Below, piece by piece: positions 35,924-38,365 of a DNA stretch of 38,365 bases. Source of the stretch: Alphaproteobacteria bacterium (GTDB lineage: Bacteria > Pseudomonadota > Alphaproteobacteria > GCA-2746255); contig JAJFGH010000097.1 in NCBI GenBank assembly GCA_021776275.1, positions 1 through 38,365 on the forward strand, given 5' to 3'. Each line of letters starts with the position of its first letter. Position 1 is the first letter of the stretch. The notes beneath the pieces were generated by a model. That model had not been told where the DNA came from, did no database searches, and saw nothing but the letters and a program-made list of their open reading frames with translations. The position numbers and the translations under genes are program-made.

Positions 35924-36694
35924 TTATCCGGTTTGCAAGACCCGCCGCTCACTCCCCTCCAGAACAAGGGCCGTTAGCTGCCCGCTTGCATAGGCGCCGG
36001 TATCGATGCCGATTCTGTTCGGAAGAAATTCCGGCTTCGGCGTGATCGTATGGCCGTGCACAACAACCTTGCCAAAGTCCTCTGCGGAAAAAAGAAAGGC
36101 GTCTCGAATCCAAAGCAAATCCTCTTCCGTTTGCTCATGAAGGGAACGGCCGGGACGAACCCCGGCATGGGCAAAGTAATAATCGCCTTCTTCATGAAAC
36201 GAACGCAAACCGCGCAAAAAATCGAGATGACGGCCGGAAATCTTTTCCGCAAATTCCACCTGCATGGCGGCAAGCTTTTCCGGCGTCAGGGGTGGGCGCG
36301 GCACCGAAACGCCATAACTATAAAGCGTGGCATCGCCGCCATAGGCCAACCAGCTGGGGCCGATGTCGGCATCCTCCAGAAATTTGAGCATGGCGTCTTC
36401 GTGATTGCCTTTTAGATAGACATGCACAAACCCAAAAAGCGGCGCTTCGAGTAGGCAGTCGATGACCTCCCGGGATTGCAGCTCACGATCAACGTAATCG
36501 CCTAAATAAACAACGACGTTGCGCGCCGATTTGCTCGCGCGCGCGTCCCCTTTGATCTGCCCATGCAAATCGGTCAACAAATCCAGACGGCCGTGAATGT
36601 CGCCAACGGCATAGACGCGCGTTCCCTCCGGGACCACAGCCGCGCCATCCGTTGGCTCCGATTGCCGAAAAGGGCTGGAAAAATTATCCTGCAT
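35924..36694 (-). CDS. Metallophosphoesterase, PPP-family Ser/Thr protein phosphatase (PphA/PrpA-like)
   Basis: GDIHG, GDYVDR, KGNHE, HAGVRPG, LLWIR, VHGHT, IDTGA. Confidence 0.92.
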   Translation of the reverse strand: MQDNFSSPFRQSEPTDGAAVVPEGTRVYAVGDIHGRLDLLTDLHGQIKGDARASKSARNVVVYLGDYVDRELQSREVIDCLLEAPLFGFVHVYLKGNHEDAMLKFLEDADIGPSWLAYGGDATLYSYGVSVPRPPLTPEKLAAMQVEFAEKISGRHLDFLRGLRSFHEEGDYYFAHAGVRPGRSLHEQTEEDLLWIRDAFLFSAEDFGKVVVHGHTITPKPEFLPNRIGIDTGAYASGQLTALVLEGSERRVLQTG

Positions 36695-36861
36695 GCTGAA
36701 TTGCCGCCTCCAATGCTACGATAGCGCCATAAGAAAGCGGGCCGCAACCGAACCGCCGGACCCGGCTCGCCAGCGGAAATAACCCGAAAAGGGAAAAATG
36801 GGCCATTTTGAAGCGCCTTTTCTTCCCCTTGATCGGGCCGAAGAGTGACGTATCCTTAAGC

Positions 36862-38307
36862 GTGCAAACAAATCATACCACCTTCTCCCGAAGGGCTTCG
36901 ACCGACCTGCAGACATTCCTGATGGGCTTTCTGCGCGCCGGCGATATAGCCATGGTGGTTTTTGCCGGAATCCTCGCCTACCGGATTCGTGAGCAGAACT
37001 TTGATCTTTCCGCTGCCTACCAAATCGCCTTGGCCCTTGGGACACTGCTGACGCTCAACTATTTTCATTTTGCCCGTCTCTACCGCGATCTTAGCTTTAC
37101 CTCGACCCTCGAACCCCTGGGACGCCTGGCCCTGTCATGGATCCTCGTGGTCGTGACATTGATTTTCATCGCCTATTTCACAAAGACCTCGGAAGACTAC
37201 TCCCGCATATGGGTTGCCATATGGTTTTCCCTAAGCTTTGCAGGCTTCCTTCTTCTTCGCTTCCTTGCCATGCTTTTGGTGCGCCGCTGGCGCAAGACCG
37301 GGCAGCTCACCCTGAACGTCGCCATTATCGGAGCAGACGGCCTTGCCCGGTTGCTTGCCGATCGCCTGACGGAAAACCACCGCACCGGCATCCATCTGGT
37401 GGGTTTCTTCGACGATGGAAAGGCGGCGCTACCGGAAAAAATCGGCGAGCATGCCGTCCTCGGCACGGTTGATGACCTGCTGGATTACAGCAGGGATCAT
37501 AAAATCGACGAGGTCATTCTCGCCATTCCCTGGTCGGAAAGCGAAAAACTATTGGGTGTTTTGAAAAAATTGCACACCCTTCCCAGCAGCATCTATTTGT
37601 GCCCGGAAATCGTCGGCGCACCCATTCCAATCCACAAATTCGACCAAATTGCCGGATGGCCGATGCTGGCCGTTCAGGAGCGCCCCCTAAGCGGCTGGGA
37701 CCTTCTTGCAAAAACGGTCGAGGATTACGTTCTCGGAAGCTTTCTTCTTCTTCTTGCCACGCCACTGATGCTGGCCATTGCCATCGCCATCAAATGCGAC
37801 AGCCCTGGCCCAATTTTTTTTCGCCAAAAGCGCTATGGCTTCAACAACCGAATGATCGATATCTATAAATTTCGTTCCATGCGCCACACGAAGGAGAGCG
37901 AGGCAGCCTCCGCCGCCGAGGAGGAATTGGCGCAAGCAACCCAGGACGATCCAAGAGTGACGCGCGTCGGGCGTTTTTTACGCCGCACAAGCCTCGACGA
38001 ATTGCCGCAGCTCATCAACGTGATGCAACGCCGCATGTCCCTGATAGGGCCAAGGCCCCATGCCGTCATTCACAACGAACAATACGCCGCCATCATCGAC
38101 AATTACCTCAGCCGCCACCGCATGAAACCAGGCATCACCGGATGGGCGCAGGTGAACGGATTCCGCGGCGAAACGGATACCTATGAAAAGATGCAAAGAA
38201 GGGTTCAATACGATCTCTACTATGTCGACAATTGGTCCCTTTTCTTCGATTTAAAGATCTTGTTTCTGACGTTCTTCGTTCCCTTTATGCAGGAAAATGC
38301 CTATTGA
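36862..38307 (+). CDS. wcaJ: Undecaprenyl-phosphate glucose phosphotransferase (WcaJ-like priming glycosyltransferase)
   Basis: Four N-terminal TMs, CoA-binding-like domain, KFRSM, DPRVTRVGRFLRRTSLDELPQL, GPRPHA, KPGITGWAQVNG, DLYYVDNWS. Start GTG 36862 or TTG 36808. Confidence 0.92.
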   Translation: MQTNHTTFSRRASTDLQTFLMGFLRAGDIAMVVFAGILAYRIREQNFDLSAAYQIALALGTLLTLNYFHFARLYRDLSFTSTLEPLGRLALSWILVVVTLIFIAYFTKTSEDYSRIWVAIWFSLSFAGFLLLRFLAMLLVRRWRKTGQLTLNVAIIGADGLARLLADRLTENHRTGIHLVGFFDDGKAALPEKIGEHAVLGTVDDLLDYSRDHKIDEVILAIPWSESEKLLGVLKKLHTLPSSIYLCPEIVGAPIPIHKFDQIAGWPMLAVQERPLSGWDLLAKTVEDYVLGSFLLLLATPLMLAIAIAIKCDSPGPIFFRQKRYGFNNRMIDIYKFRSMRHTKESEAASAAEEELAQATQDDPRVTRVGRFLRRTSLDELPQLINVMQRRMSLIGPRPHAVIHNEQYAAIIDNYLSRHRMKPGITGWAQVNGFRGETDTYEKMQRRVQYDLYYVDNWSLFFDLKILFLTFFVPFMQENAY

Positions 38308-38365
38308 ACCCGCGCGCCTTCATCTTTTGGCCGTTGCTTGCGGTCGTCACCCTTGCGCCGCTACC
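38304..38365 (+). CDS. 5' end of a membrane protein, possibly O-antigen ligase family (partial)
   Basis: TTG overlapping the wcaJ stop (TTGA); MNPRAFIFWPLLAVVTLAPL is hydrophobic. Only 20 codons visible. Confidence 0.4.
   Translation, partial: MNPRAFIFWPLLAVVTLAPL

Overview
GC-rich alphaproteobacterial chromosome segment (gene order resembles Rhodospirillales/Rhizobiales). 1-13.9 kb is core genome: amgK-like phosphotransferase (partial), tsaE, divL-like pseudokinase, ahcY, the regulatory PTS cluster (HPr, EIIA-Man, rapZ, short hprK), a PCu(A)C copper chaperone where chvG/chvI usually lie, pckA, polA, a zinc-finger protein and an ABC ATPase. tRNA-Arg(CCG) carries a 1 kb integrase-less islet bounded by a 23 bp duplication of the tRNA 3' end. 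Next come a cytochrome c and a PQQ dehydrogenase with the lanthanide-type D-x-D motif. The most unusual part is 18.0-22.2 kb. It holds a TPR-fused methyltransferase with the motif set of eukaryotic protein arginine methyltransferases (double-E loop, THW loop), an HPrK-related kinase, a small Tat-signal peptide ending in twelve x-P-S/T triplets (CPS-GPT-RPS-RPS-(GPS)6-RPS-RPS), and a second TPR-methyltransferase. This module abuts a surface polysaccharide locus (hldE, gmhA, wecB/tagA, galE, GT4s, Wzy, TagD/TagF-like, Wzx, wcaJ) that also encodes an NTP_transf_5-type nucleotidyltransferase and a PPP phosphatase. I infer a candidate peptide-modification system (phosphorylation, Arg methylation, possibly glycan attachment). 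All calls come from motif reading only; no searches were run.
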